A stretch of DNA of 64,000 bases from Deltaproteobacteria bacterium (GCA_021162935.1 JAGGXR010000052.1:56631-120630), one strand, 5' to 3'; shown: positions 19,460-30,132, counted from the first letter of the stretch. A program made the numbers and translations. The notes: generated by a model from the sequence alone, not told the origin.

Positions 19460-20377
19460 ATGGTGGCCCAGGTGCTCCCGCATCCAGTGACCGTGGCGAC
19501 CTGCCGGGTTGCAGCTACGGCCCCGGACGTTGCCACTAAGGGCCAAGGCGAACCAGCACCTCTCATCATATGCGCTGCTCCCACGGGCCATGAGGTCACC
19601 AGGCAAGACCACCCCAATGTTCCAATTACGCCCGAGGAAATCGCCGCCGAGGTTGCACGTTGCGCCGTGGAAGGTGCCACCGTGGTCCATCTCCACGTGC
19701 GAAACGAACAGGGCAGTCCCACCCACGATCCAGATGTCTTCGCCAAAGCCGTGCGTCAGATTCGTCAACGCTGCGACGTGATCATCCAGGTCTCGACCGA
19801 GGGAGACTCGAACATGGACGTGGAGACACGATGTGCCGGTCTACGAGTACCTGGCGTGGACATGGGCTCGGTGGCCACGGGCACGGTCAACCAACACGAC
19901 CACATCTACTTCAACTCGCGCCCCATCATGGAACGGGTGGGACAGGTCATCCAAGAGCACAACCTTGCCGCTGCCGTAGAAGTCATGGACCTCGGCTTCA
20001 TCGAAAACGCCAAGACAATGGCCCGAAAAGGACTTCTGAAACTGCCGACCCACTTCACCTTGATCATGGGCACCAGGGGCGGCATGGGCGCACGCTCGTC
20101 CTTCTTGGATGTCGCCGTCGACCAAATTCCTCGAGGCTCGACCTGGAGCGTGGCGGGCATCGGACGGCACCAACTCCCGATGGCGGAACAGGCCCTCGCC
20201 CTCGGCGGTCATGTGCGTGTGGGTTTCGAAAACGGACTCATCGTCTCTGGAGGAACCAAAGCCCAGGGCAATGCTGCGCTCGTAGCAGCCGTGGCGGACA
20301 TGGCGCGCCAACGGAACAGAAAAATCGCAACGATCTCTGAAGCCCGCAGCATCCTGGGCCTAGAGCAAAAGCGCTGA
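19460..20377 (+). CDS. 3-keto-5-aminohexanoate cleavage enzyme family protein (BKACE / DUF849), possibly with an N-terminal extension
   Basis: …PLIICAAPTGHEVTRQDHPNVPITPEEIAAEVARCAVEGATVVHLHVR… and …GLLKLPTHFTLIMGTRGGM… match the BKACE TIM-barrel family (~306 aa from this ATG). The same frame is open upstream to 19112 (MKVRV… ~85 extra aa), so a fusion or longer isoform is possible. Confidence 0.7.
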   Translation: MVAQVLPHPVTVATCRVAATAPDVATKGQGEPAPLIICAAPTGHEVTRQDHPNVPITPEEIAAEVARCAVEGATVVHLHVRNEQGSPTHDPDVFAKAVRQIRQRCDVIIQVSTEGDSNMDVETRCAGLRVPGVDMGSVATGTVNQHDHIYFNSRPIMERVGQVIQEHNLAAAVEVMDLGFIENAKTMARKGLLKLPTHFTLIMGTRGGMGARSSFLDVAVDQIPRGSTWSVAGIGRHQLPMAEQALALGGHVRVGFENGLIVSGGTKAQGNAALVAAVADMARQRNRKIATISEARSILGLEQKR

Positions 20378-20569
20378 CCAAGAGGCCCCGAGTCTTTAAA
20401 CTTTGCTCTAAACTTTGGCAGAAATGCCGGAAAGACTGGACATGTGCCGGAAAGCCCAAAAGAAACAAAATGGATCCGCTCATCAGGCGAAAAATGGTTT
20501 TTTGTCCCAAAAAGCGCGCAAAATGGCCAAAAAAGCGCTTTTGGTGGCTTCCAACCTGTTGGTTTTGCC

Positions 20570-20598
20570 TTGACAGTGCAAAGCATGGTCCTTAGACT
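20570..20598 (+). promoter_or_regulatory. Sigma-70-type promoter for the HU gene (TTGACA - 17 nt - TAGACT)
   Basis: ttgaca (20570-20575), a 17-nt spacer, then tagact (20593-20598), ~100 nt upstream of the HU start. The RBS AAGGAGGG lies 8 nt before the ATG at 20701. Confidence 0.55.
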
Positions 20599-20700
20599 GC
20601 TCTGTGATGTAGGCCACAAGGGCTCAATCGGGCGCTGGATGCGCCTTTGCGGGACGTAGACAGCGCTGTAGTCAGTACCAACAAAAGGAGGGTAGTACTC

Positions 20701-21006
20701 ATGACGAAAGCTGACTTGATCGACCTGGTACACAAAACTCGCGGGGCCGACCTGACCAAGAAGCAGGTGACCGAAATCGTCGACGGCGTGTTCAAGGAAA
20801 TGGGCGATTACTTCGTCAAGGCACGCGTCACCAAGAACGCCACCCCGAAGCTCACGTATCCCGGCTTCGGCACCTTCACTAAGAAGAAGCGCAATCGCCG
20901 TAAGGGACGCAATCCTCAGACCGGCGCCGAGATGGTCATTCCCGCTTCGACGAGCGTGACGTTCTCCCCTGGCTCTGAAATGAAGCGCCGCCTGAACAAG
21001 AAATAG
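20701..21006 (+). CDS. hup: HU/IHF-family nucleoid-associated DNA-binding protein
   Basis: [38 protein letters not shown]…[45 protein letters not shown], with the beta-arm signature of the HU family. Confidence 0.9.
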   Translation: MTKADLIDLVHKTRGADLTKKQVTEIVDGVFKEMGDYFVKARVTKNATPKLTYPGFGTFTKKKRNRRKGRNPQTGAEMVIPASTSVTFSPGSEMKRRLNKK

Positions 21007-21037
21007 GCGAACGCACCGTACTCCAACTCATTTGCAA

Positions 21038-21100
21038 GAAGCGCATCTGATTCCCGCATGGGAACTCGCGATGCGCTTTTTGCTTTTTTGGTCTTTCCCC
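21038..21100 (+). terminator. Rho-independent terminator after the HU gene
   Basis: Stem gaagcgcatc…gatgcgctt followed by tttgcttttttgg. Confidence 0.7.
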
Positions 21101-21262
21101 CCCTCGCGCAATTCCTGGTGACCGTCTTCCTGCCACGAAGCGGCCATCAATTCTGTCTGTTTCACTTGCATAAGGGCTGTTTTTCCTTCAAAACAGCCTT
21201 CTACTGTGTATGATGACAGGCTAACTTCGTGTGAAACAAACTCTATTTCCAAAAGAGCGTTC

Positions 21263-24200
21263 ATGGAACGGTACGGTCGATTCATCTACAAACATGCCTT
21301 TGGAATCGTGGTTGCATTCCTCGCGATATCCGCGGCGACCATTTGGATTGGAGTCAACCCTGGCTCCGAAGACGACGTCCTGCGTTTTCTGCCCAAATCG
21401 AACCCTCAGGTCGGATTCTTCTATGACGTGAATCAAAAATTCGGCGCCCTCCACGTCGCCATGGTCGGAATCGAAGCCAAGGATGTGTTCACGAAGGAAT
21501 TCATCACGCGCCTCGGACGAACGACCCAATACCTTCAAGACGAAGTCAAAGGTGTCCACCGGGTGCTGAGCCTGACCAGTGTGGCGGACTTCAGCCTCAT
21601 CAAGGGAAAAGAAGGGGGGCTGCAAACCGGCCAACTCATCGACACGCAACACCTCCCCAAAACGCAGGAAGGCTGGAAGGTGCTCCGTACGAGAGTCATG
21701 TCCAAGCGACACATCGTCGGCCAATTCGTCAATCGGTCGGGAACCGCCGCGGTCATCTTGTGCTTCCTGTCGCCCAAGGGCAACGTGAACAACATCGTCC
21801 AACGAGTCAAGAAGGCGGTGCGAAAAAACTTTCCCAGCTCCAAGATCTATTGGGGGGGCACGCCCTTCATATCGTCCTATATTTTCGCCGTGACGGAAAG
21901 GGACCTGCGGCGGCTGACCCCGTGGGCAGTGGCGGTCATCGTGGTCATCACACTCCTCGTCTTCCGGGACCCGGTGGGCGTGCTGCTCGCATTCGTGGCC
22001 ACCATCTTCGGCGGCCTCGTCGCCTTCTCCGCCATGAAGCTCACTGGCGAAAAACTGAACTTGGTCTTGGGGTCCATGCCGGTCATCCTATTCGCCGTGG
22101 GAAGTGCCTACGGCATTCATTATTTGGTGCGCTACTACCACCTTCGCAAGGACCACTCCACCGAGGCAGCCGTGGCAGGAGCCTTCCGCGAAGTCGGCCC
22201 GGCGATCCTGGCGGCTGGACTGACCACCATGGCCGGCTTCCTCTCCTTCCTCGCCATGGACGTGGACCCCATGCGCAAATTTGGCATCTTCACGGCCCTG
22301 GGGATCGGGGCGGCCCTGCTCGCAGCACTTGCCGTGGTGCCCGCCATCCTCGCTTTGACGGGGCGCACCAGGAAGGAAGTCGATGCGGATAGTTGGCTCA
22401 AACACGCCATGGGGTCCGGATCCGCCTGGGCACAACAACACCGATGGCTCGTGATCCTCATCCTCGTAAGCGGTGGCACCGTTGGCTTCTACTATTCCCT
22501 TCGGGTCAAGCTGGCCGTCGAGACATCGTCCTTCTTCACAAAAGGAAGTGAGCCGGACCTGGCCGACCACTTCTTTCACGACCAATTCGGCGGATCCATC
22601 TACACGCAGCTCTACATCAAGGCCGACCTAGACGACCCCACCGTGCTGCGGGAGATTCGACGCATCTCGGAGATCATCGAGAAACAGAAACTGGTGTCCA
22701 CGGTCCAAAGCGTGGCCATTCCATACAGCCTGGTCAACGAGGCCATGGTGGAGCTGCACCGCATCCCGGACCAACGCAAGCAGGTGCAGACCCTGGCCTC
22801 CTACGTGCTGTCGGATCCCTCGTCGCGGCAGCTCATGACCATGAACCGTAAGGAAGCCCTCGTGCACATCAAGGTGACCACGAGTGAGGCGGAACGGATC
22901 AACCGCTTCATCGCGACGGTTCGCCGCATTCTGAAGAAGGAAGTCGCTCCGTTCTACGTGGCAGTGAATCTGACGGCATCCACACCCGTCAAAGAGAAGC
23001 GAATTGCGGAAAAGGCGCTGGCAGCGCAGACAACAGACCATCTGTTGGCCATCTTGTTGCGATCGGGCGTGACCCTGCCGGCTGAGGCAAGGACGAACCT
23101 GGCCCGAAACCTCAATCGTGCGCTCGCACAGGGCCGCTTCCATGCGACGAAGGCCGATGTCGAGACCGTGGCCAACAAAGTGCGCCGCTATCTCCGGTCG
23201 AAGGAGTGCGTGCTCGCTCTGCCTGCCCCAGGCCCCAAAGGCGATCCGGCCAAGGCCCTGGCGGCTGCCTTGGCGAACCTTGGCCCCGCGGCCAAGGACG
23301 ATGCCAAAGACGATGCAGGCGCCAAGGCCCTGGCGGGCGTGGTGTCCAAGGAGGATGCTTTGACTCTGGTGGCCACAGCGGACCCATACTTGGCGGATGC
23401 ATGGAAACTCCAGGAAAGCAAGAGCCTGGTCCATGCGGCCCTCCAATCCGTGGGCCTGACCCGGTCACGAATCTCCAAAACCGTGCAGAAACAGATCCGC
23501 GTGGCCCTGCTCGATCTCAAAGTACGCCGGGTCGCCGTTCCTGGATCGGTGGCGACCAAGGCCGGCATCATCGGCGAAAAAATTCCCATGCACGTGGTCC
23601 TGACGGGCATGCCTGTCCTCTACCAGGGCATGTCGAAATCGGTCCAGGCAAACCAGATCAAGAGCCTGATCATCTCAGGCATCCTGGTGCTCCTCGTGAT
23701 CGGGCTCGTCTTTCGGTCGGTACGAGCTGCCCTGGTGGGCATCCTGCCCGCAGGCATGACCCTCATGATGCTCTTCGGCTTCATGGGCTTCAAAGGTCTG
23801 TATCTGGATATGAGCACCTCGATGATTGCCTCCATCGCCCTAGGGACCGGCATCGACTATGCCATCCATTATCTCGTCTGGTGGAGGCGACATGCGAGGG
23901 CATCAGCAGGGAAACCGGTTGCCGCGGCCCTCCAGGACGCTTCGGTGGGCGCATCCCATGAGGCCGGCACCGCCATCCTGGCAAACGCGTTGATGGTGGC
24001 GGCTGCTTTCCTCATGCTCACCATGGGAGACGCAGCCCCGCTCAAGACTTTTGGGGCGATGACCGCCACCGCCATGCTCGGAGCGGCCGTTGCCACGTTC
24101 CTGGCCGTACCGGCCCTGGCAGGAAGCGATCTGATCCGTCACTGGGCATGGGTGGGACTCGATCGAAAAACAATATCCGGACATGACGACCACGGAAACG

Positions 24201-24316
24201 GACGCATCGCCTCGGACGACGGGCCTGCGTCGAAAAACGAGTCAAGCAACGAACGACACCGAGACGCCGGTGCTGCAGACCGCAGCACCGATGTGACAAA
24301 GGAGACGGAGTCATGA
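21263..24316 (+). CDS. MMPL / RND-superfamily exporter (two 6-TM bundles with large periplasmic domains)
   Basis: ~1017 aa from MERYGRFIYKHAFGIVVAFLAISA…. Two sterol-sensing/MMPL-type TM bundles (…AVAVIVVITLLVF…LAFVATIFGGLVAF… and …IISGILVLLVIGLVF…MTLMMLFGFMGF…) separated by a ~300-aa soluble region. Confidence 0.8.
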   Translation: MERYGRFIYKHAFGIVVAFLAISAATIWIGVNPGSEDDVLRFLPKSNPQVGFFYDVNQKFGALHVAMVGIEAKDVFTKEFITRLGRTTQYLQDEVKGVHRVLSLTSVADFSLIKGKEGGLQTGQLIDTQHLPKTQEGWKVLRTRVMSKRHIVGQFVNRSGTAAVILCFLSPKGNVNNIVQRVKKAVRKNFPSSKIYWGGTPFISSYIFAVTERDLRRLTPWAVAVIVVITLLVFRDPVGVLLAFVATIFGGLVAFSAMKLTGEKLNLVLGSMPVILFAVGSAYGIHYLVRYYHLRKDHSTEAAVAGAFREVGPAILAAGLTTMAGFLSFLAMDVDPMRKFGIFTALGIGAALLAALAVVPAILALTGRTRKEVDADSWLKHAMGSGSAWAQQHRWLVILILVSGGTVGFYYSLRVKLAVETSSFFTKGSEPDLADHFFHDQFGGSIYTQLYIKADLDDPTVLREIRRISEIIEKQKLVSTVQSVAIPYSLVNEAMVELHRIPDQRKQVQTLASYVLSDPSSRQLMTMNRKEALVHIKVTTSEAERINRFIATVRRILKKEVAPFYVAVNLTASTPVKEKRIAEKALAAQTTDHLLAILLRSGVTLPAEARTNLARNLNRALAQGRFHATKADVETVANKVRRYLRSKECVLALPAPGPKGDPAKALAAALANLGPAAKDDAKDDAGAKALAGVVSKEDALTLVATADPYLADAWKLQESKSLVHAALQSVGLTRSRISKTVQKQIRVALLDLKVRRVAVPGSVATKAGIIGEKIPMHVVLTGMPVLYQGMSKSVQANQIKSLIISGILVLLVIGLVFRSVRAALVGILPAGMTLMMLFGFMGFKGLYLDMSTSMIASIALGTGIDYAIHYLVWWRRHARASAGKPVAAALQDASVGASHEAGTAILANALMVAAAFLMLTMGDAAPLKTFGAMTATAMLGAAVATFLAVPALAGSDLIRHWAWVGLDRKTISGHDDHGNGRIASDDGPASKNESSNERHRDAGAADRSTDVTKETES

Positions 24317-25080
24317 GAAATTCACCGTTCACCATCAAGGCCGGCCTGACCGTGGGTTTGCTGGCCATGCTGCTGGCAGCTGCTCCGGCCAAAGCGAACC
24401 CCCAGGGGGAAAAGGTCATCCGACTCGTGGAGCAGGCCTTTTTGTCCTACAAGGACCAGTTCGGCAAATACAAGTATTTGATCAAAAACCGAGGCGGCGA
24501 CAAGATCATCAAGTTCACCCTATACAACAAGGGAACGAAGCGGCTCATCAAATTCACATACCCAGGAGACGTCCGAGGCCAGATGGTACTCATGCAGAGC
24601 AAGGACGAGATGTACATCTACCTGCCCGCCTATCGCCGAGTGCGCCGGCTCGCGGGCCACGTCCGCAACCAGGGATTCATGGGTTCCGACTTAAGCCTCG
24701 ACGACATGAGCATTGGGAGCTGGTCGAAGGACTACACCACGACCCTGGTCAAGCAGGACGCAAAGTACTGGTATCTCTCCCTGAAAAAGAAGGCGGGCCG
24801 CAACCCTCCCTATCCCAGACTCAAGATGCGGGTCCTCAAGAAGATCCACGAAGCCGACAAAATTGAATACATGAGCCGGTCGGGCCGAGCCCTGCGAACC
24901 CAGACCTTGACGGGTTGGTACTGCCAGGGCAACAGCATCATGTGTGCCGCCAAGACCATTTTGATGATCGACCATCGCCGGGGCAACCACAAGACCTACC
25001 TCTACGAGGTGGAGAGCCGCTTCAACGTGGGTATCTCGAACCGCAAATTCACGATTCGCTACCTCATGCGAGGCGGCTGA
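24313..25080 (+). CDS. Outer-membrane lipoprotein-sorting (LolA-like) protein, partner of the MMPL transporter
   Basis: Signal peptide MRNSPFTIKAGLTVGLLAMLLAAAPAKA. Size and pattern (…FLSYKDQFGKYKYLIKNRGGDKIIKFTLYNKG…MVLMQSKDEMYIYLP…) match LolA-like proteins that commonly follow MMPL genes. Start overlaps the MMPL stop (ATGA). Confidence 0.6.
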   Translation: MRNSPFTIKAGLTVGLLAMLLAAAPAKANPQGEKVIRLVEQAFLSYKDQFGKYKYLIKNRGGDKIIKFTLYNKGTKRLIKFTYPGDVRGQMVLMQSKDEMYIYLPAYRRVRRLAGHVRNQGFMGSDLSLDDMSIGSWSKDYTTTLVKQDAKYWYLSLKKKAGRNPPYPRLKMRVLKKIHEADKIEYMSRSGRALRTQTLTGWYCQGNSIMCAAKTILMIDHRRGNHKTYLYEVESRFNVGISNRKFTIRYLMRGG

Positions 25081-25231
25081 TTTCGAGAATGGATGAACCA
25101 ACGACCCGGACCATGGCGGTCGAGTTCCCGATGGAATCACGAACATCGCGAAACCATCTGCCAAGGACAAGGGCGAACAAGGGTCCCATAACTCTGCCAT
25201 AATCCCCAAACCAACCAGGGAAGGTTCTGCC

Positions 25232-27037
25232 ATGAAATGCAGCACGACAATGTGGACGGCGATCCTGATCGCCTCAATGGCATGGGCGAAAACCGCACAA
25301 GCGCAGATTGAAAAGTCCTGGACCGTGTCCATTCAGTCGGACGTGCGCTACGTGGTGCAGGAAAAGTCCACCAAGGAACTGATTCCAGCCGCCGACTTCG
25401 TGAAATATCCCTATCTGGCAGGCCACAAATATCGCAAGCTCATCTTGGTGCCCACGGGATTTTCGCGAAACGAAAACATCCTACACGTCCGTCTGAGCGC
25501 CGAGACCGACAAACTCAAAGGAGTAGCCGAAGTGGACTTCGTCTGGCTCGGCTACAGCCGGGAAGCGCAGGTCCTCCAAGACCTGACCAAACGGGAAAAG
25601 CTCCTGCCGTTCCGGCTGGAATCGAACGCCCTGTATCTCGACGTGAACGGCTTCATCTTCAAAAACCTCGACCTCCGCATCGGCCAACAGGTCATCTCGT
25701 GGGGCACGGCGGACCAGTTCAACCCGACCTCCAACCTGAACCCGCTCGATCTGGAAGACCCACTCTTGTTCGGCGAACATATGGGCGTCCCGGCGATCCG
25801 CATGGACTACGCCGTCTCGGACGACTGGACGGCGACCCTGGCCTGGGTGCCAATCTTCTTTCCTGACAACCTCCCTGCCACCGCGCCCATCGGTCTGGCC
25901 TCGCCCGACCGAATCCCAGTTCTGGACCAGAAGATGCGGTGGCAGTTCGCCGTGGATCGAGGGCTGGGCGAACTCTTGGCGAACGGTCCCACCAGGGTCA
26001 CCGAGGCCAACCTGGAAAAACCGCCCATGAACATCGGCAACTCCCAGGTGGGATTCCGCATCCGGGGCAAAATCTTCGAGCAGGACATCTCGCTCTCCTA
26101 TTACTACGGTCGTAGCGGCATGCCCCAACCGTCGGTGTCACGCGCCTTCTTCAGGCAAGATGCGAACTACATCGACACCAGGGTCAACCTCATGTATCCA
26201 CGGATGCACGTCGCGGGCCTATCTATGGCCGGCCAAATCCCATGGGCCAAGGCATTGATGAAGAAGAACCCAAAGCTCAAACCCGTGGGCTGGTGGTTCG
26301 AGGCCGCTGCCTTCTTCCCCCAAAAAATCACCATGGGAATCTACCAAAACGACTTCCCTATCGTGGGCACGGGTGAATACGATTATGAAGGCGACGGCGT
26401 CCAGGGAGGCAACCGTCCGACCATCGTGGACACCACGCCATTTTTGAAGTGGACCCTTGGATTCGACTACTCCTTTTCGAACCATTGGTACGCCAATGTC
26501 CAATGGGTCCACGGCTTCCCCGACGAATTCGGTGCAGGCGGATGGCTCTCCAACCTGTGGAGCAAACAGAAGGGCATGGTTGTGGGCAAGTCGTATCTCG
26601 ACTTCGACTACAACGACGACGGCCACAACGACACGGACATCCTGAGTTGCTATGGCTCGGGCCAGCAGGGCCGATGCGTCCACGAAATCGTTCGCCCGAG
26701 ACTCGGCGACTACATCGTGGGCGGCGTGGACTTCAAGTTCAAGAATCAGTCCATGCTCATGCGCCTCTTCTTCATCTTGGACATGAGCGGCTCCTACGAA
26801 CAGTACTGGAAGGGCTCTGCCGACGGCTCCACCGGGAAGCGTGTCAGCGTCTGGCATAACCCCTTTAGTGCCAAAGGCTTTTCCGCCATCATCTACCCAC
26901 AATTTACCTGGGCCGTCGCCGAAGGCGCCGAACTCTCCATCGGCGGTTTCCTCGCTTTGGGCAAGAGCTACAGCCGATTCGGTGACCCTGCCGTGGGCAG
27001 TTCGATGGTCTGGACACGAGGCAAGTTCACGTTCTGA
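25232..27037 (+). CDS. Putative outer-membrane beta-barrel protein (DUF1302-like) in the MMPL/LolA-like cluster
   Basis: Signal peptide MKCSTTMWTAILIASMAWAKTAQA. 601 aa with alternating amphipathic segments, rich in aromatic/Gly residues. Same strand as, and immediately downstream of, the MMPL and LolA-like genes. Confidence 0.45.
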   Translation: MKCSTTMWTAILIASMAWAKTAQAQIEKSWTVSIQSDVRYVVQEKSTKELIPAADFVKYPYLAGHKYRKLILVPTGFSRNENILHVRLSAETDKLKGVAEVDFVWLGYSREAQVLQDLTKREKLLPFRLESNALYLDVNGFIFKNLDLRIGQQVISWGTADQFNPTSNLNPLDLEDPLLFGEHMGVPAIRMDYAVSDDWTATLAWVPIFFPDNLPATAPIGLASPDRIPVLDQKMRWQFAVDRGLGELLANGPTRVTEANLEKPPMNIGNSQVGFRIRGKIFEQDISLSYYYGRSGMPQPSVSRAFFRQDANYIDTRVNLMYPRMHVAGLSMAGQIPWAKALMKKNPKLKPVGWWFEAAAFFPQKITMGIYQNDFPIVGTGEYDYEGDGVQGGNRPTIVDTTPFLKWTLGFDYSFSNHWYANVQWVHGFPDEFGAGGWLSNLWSKQKGMVVGKSYLDFDYNDDGHNDTDILSCYGSGQQGRCVHEIVRPRLGDYIVGGVDFKFKNQSMLMRLFFILDMSGSYEQYWKGSADGSTGKRVSVWHNPFSAKGFSAIIYPQFTWAVAEGAELSIGGFLALGKSYSRFGDPAVGSSMVWTRGKFTF

Positions 27038-27158
27038 TCGTTCGTTTCACCAGGGCCACAGGGCCCGTCTACGCACGAGCCAGCATCCGGACAGAAGCCA
27101 CTTCGGACATCGGGCAACCTCTGGACACCAGCCCCCTTGACGGGCTACTCTCCCCTGG

Positions 27159-27812
27159 ATGGAAATCCTCTCCGGCAAGAAACGCGTGCAACTCGACGAG
27201 CCCGGCTTCGCAGAACGGCTCGCACGACACGACGGACTCTGGATCGACCTGGGCTGTGGCGACGCCAAGTTCACCTTCCGCACCGCCATCCAGCATCCGG
27301 ACATCCTGGTCCTGGGACTCGATGCCGCCCGAGAGCCTATGGTCCCCCAAGCCGTTCGTGCCAGACGTTCCCCAAAAAAAGGCGGCGCCCCGAACCTCAT
27401 CCTCGCCGCCGCCGCCGTCGAAGACCTGCCGGACATGCTCCGCCATCGCGCCGAAACCGTCTCCATCAACTTCCCGTGGGGCAGTCTGCTCCGCGCCATC
27501 GTCATGGCCGAGCAACCGATCCTGGCCTCCATCTGCCAGCTCCTCCGCCCTGCCGGCTCCCTCGACATCCTGCTCAACGACAGCCTTTACGCCCAACCCC
27601 ACGTATATGAAAAGATGAACCTGGTCCGGATCGACCAGGAGCACCTGGAAACCATCACCGCCCCAGCCCTGACCCAATCCGATCTCGACGTGCAGGCCAT
27701 CGAGACGATTCCGAACCACGACATCCCCGTCCACACCTCCTGGGGCCGACGTCTGGCCGACTCCCACCCCGACGGGAAGACATGGCATATCAGCGCCCTG
27801 CGCCAGCCCTGA
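27159..27812 (+). CDS. 16S rRNA (adenine1408-N1)-methyltransferase family protein (NpmA/KamB-like aminoglycoside-resistance methyltransferase homolog)
   Basis: Strong by-eye match to NpmA: K-x-V-x-L…(F)DRVHIDLGTGDG versus …GLWIDLGCGDAK; KKPSKGGLSNVVFVIAAAESLP versus RRSPKKGGAPNLILAAAAVEDLP; SISILFPWGTLL versus TVSINFPWGSLL. It has a class I SAM-binding fold and is ~217 aa, as NpmA/KamB. Confidence 0.65.
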   Translation: MEILSGKKRVQLDEPGFAERLARHDGLWIDLGCGDAKFTFRTAIQHPDILVLGLDAAREPMVPQAVRARRSPKKGGAPNLILAAAAVEDLPDMLRHRAETVSINFPWGSLLRAIVMAEQPILASICQLLRPAGSLDILLNDSLYAQPHVYEKMNLVRIDQEHLETITAPALTQSDLDVQAIETIPNHDIPVHTSWGRRLADSHPDGKTWHISALRQP

Positions 27813-27976
27813 AGCCAATGGCCCCATTGCGGTGCGTTCGTATCACGAAGTCTGCTCATCGCGATTGACGATCGAGTATCTGGGACTATAATCGCGAAAA
27901 CTCGGCAATGAGCGGTCGCCGCGTCGATAAGAATGCTGGCGTCCGAACCGTTCAGCCTGTCGCTTGGTAAGGGATC

Positions 27977-30025
27977 ATGGCGAAGATCGATCGCATACGG
28001 AATATTGGCATCGTGGCTCACATCGATGCGGGCAAAACCACGGTGACCGAGCGTTGTCTGTTCTACACGGGCCGTATCCACCGCATCGGAGAGGTGCATG
28101 ACGGCGAGGCCCAGATGGACTGGATGGTCCAGGAGCAGGAACGCGGCATCACGATCACGGCGGCGGCGACGACCTTTGCCTGGGCCAAGCACGACGTGCA
28201 CCTCATCGACACGCCTGGACACGTCGATTTCACCATCGAGGTGGAACGAAGCCTTCGGGTCCTGGACGGTGCGGTGGTGGTGTTCTGCGGCCGCGGCGGC
28301 GTGGAACCCCAGTCCGAAACGGTCTGGAACCAGGCGGACAAGTTCCGCGTTCCGAGAATCGCCTTCGTGAACAAGATGGACCGGGTGGGTGCGGACTTCG
28401 GACGCGTGGTCGGTGAAATCCGAGAACTGCTCGGGGCCAACCCGATACCCATCCAAATTCCCATTGGAGCGGAGGACCACTTCGAGGGCGTCGTGGACCT
28501 GCTCACCATGGAGGCATACACCTGGACGGGAAATGACGAGGATCCGCCCGAAAAAATCGATATTCCGGCTGATTTGATGGAGCCGGCCGAACAGGCTCGC
28601 GAGGCGATGATCGAAGCGCTGGCCGACCTAGACGACGCCATTGCGGTCAAGTACCTCGAAGGCGAGGACTTGACCGTTGCGGACCTGAAGGCCGCCCTTC
28701 GAAAAGTGACCCTGTCCTACACGGCTGTGCCGGTGCTCTGTGGATCGGCGCTCAAGAACAAGGGCATCCAACCCTTGCTGAACGCGGTCATCGACTACCT
28801 TCCTGCGCCATCGGACCTTCCTCCGATTCATGGCTACGATCCCGCCACCAACGAGACGATCACCAGGAAGCCCCAGGACAGCGATCCGCTCTGCGCCATG
28901 GTCTTCAAGATCGCCATGGACAAGGGCCGCAAGATGGCCTACCTGCGCATCTATTCGGGAAAGGTCACCGAAGGCATGGAGGTCTACAACCCGAGGACCG
29001 GCCACAAGAACCGCTTCTCCAGGCTGCTCAAGATGCACGCGAACCGTCGCGAGAAGCTCAAGCAGGCAGGATCAGGCGACATCGTTGCCGGAATGGGGCT
29101 CAAGGATTTCGCCACGGGCGATACCCTTTGTGAAGCCGTAGCGCCGATTCTTCTGGAACGAATCGATTCGTACGAGCCGGTCATCTCCCAGGCCATTGAG
29201 CCCAGGACCCTGAGCGAAAAAGAAAAACTCGACTTCGCCCTGGCCAAACTCGTCGAAGAAGACCCGACCTTCCAGGTGCGTGAAGACAAAGAAACCGGCC
29301 AGACCATCATCCGAGGCATGGGCGAGCTGCACCTGGACATCATCGTGGACCGGCTCCGCAAGGAGCACAGTTTGGAGGTCCGCGTGGGCAAACCCCAGGT
29401 CGTGTACCGAGAGACCATTTCGGGCCGGGCCGACGCGGAACACGTTTTCCATCGCAAGACCGACGAGGAAGAACTCTACGCCAAGGTACGCGTCGCCGCG
29501 TCTCCGGTCGGCCGCGGCGAAGACAACCGCGTGGAACTGACCGCCGAGCTGCCGGATAACTTTCCTCAGGCCTGCACCGATGCCGCCACCGAGGGCGCCA
29601 CCACCGCACTCAACGGAGGACCGCTCGGCTTTGCCGTGCGCGACGTGCAGATTGACATCACTGACATGGATCCGGGCGAAGGCACCTGCCACGAAGGAGC
29701 CTTCCACGCTGCCTGCAGCCAGGCGGTGCGCCATGCCCTCGAACAGGCGGGCCCCCTGCTCTTGGAGCCCATTATGGATGTCGAGGTCGTCACCCCAGAA
29801 GAACTCGTGGGCGAGGTGATGGGCGACCTGAATCAGCGTCGAGGCCGAATCGAAGCATCCGAGTTCCGGGGCGGCAAGCGTATGATCAGAGCCAAGGTTC
29901 CACTCAAACGCATGTTCGGCTATTCCACGGAACTGAGATCCCTGACCAAAGGACGCGCCAACTTCACCATGACATTCTGGCAGTTCGACACCCCTGAAGG
30001 CAGCTCATCACAAAGGGACATTTGA
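27977..30025 (+). CDS. fusA: Elongation factor G (paralog / EF-G2-like)
   Basis: GTPase motifs [18 protein letters not shown]. Full five-domain length (682 aa): …[27 protein letters not shown]…. Confidence 0.9.
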   Translation: MAKIDRIRNIGIVAHIDAGKTTVTERCLFYTGRIHRIGEVHDGEAQMDWMVQEQERGITITAAATTFAWAKHDVHLIDTPGHVDFTIEVERSLRVLDGAVVVFCGRGGVEPQSETVWNQADKFRVPRIAFVNKMDRVGADFGRVVGEIRELLGANPIPIQIPIGAEDHFEGVVDLLTMEAYTWTGNDEDPPEKIDIPADLMEPAEQAREAMIEALADLDDAIAVKYLEGEDLTVADLKAALRKVTLSYTAVPVLCGSALKNKGIQPLLNAVIDYLPAPSDLPPIHGYDPATNETITRKPQDSDPLCAMVFKIAMDKGRKMAYLRIYSGKVTEGMEVYNPRTGHKNRFSRLLKMHANRREKLKQAGSGDIVAGMGLKDFATGDTLCEAVAPILLERIDSYEPVISQAIEPRTLSEKEKLDFALAKLVEEDPTFQVREDKETGQTIIRGMGELHLDIIVDRLRKEHSLEVRVGKPQVVYRETISGRADAEHVFHRKTDEEELYAKVRVAASPVGRGEDNRVELTAELPDNFPQACTDAATEGATTALNGGPLGFAVRDVQIDITDMDPGEGTCHEGAFHAACSQAVRHALEQAGPLLLEPIMDVEVVTPEELVGEVMGDLNQRRGRIEASEFRGGKRMIRAKVPLKRMFGYSTELRSLTKGRANFTMTFWQFDTPEGSSSQRDI

Positions 30026-30132
30026 CTCGCTGAAGGCCACGGATGACGTGAAGGCGACGGTCGGCGCCTGTCCTGCGTGCCCGTGCCTGTGGGCAGCCCA
30101 CCTGGACCTGATTGCGATGGAGACCACGAGCC

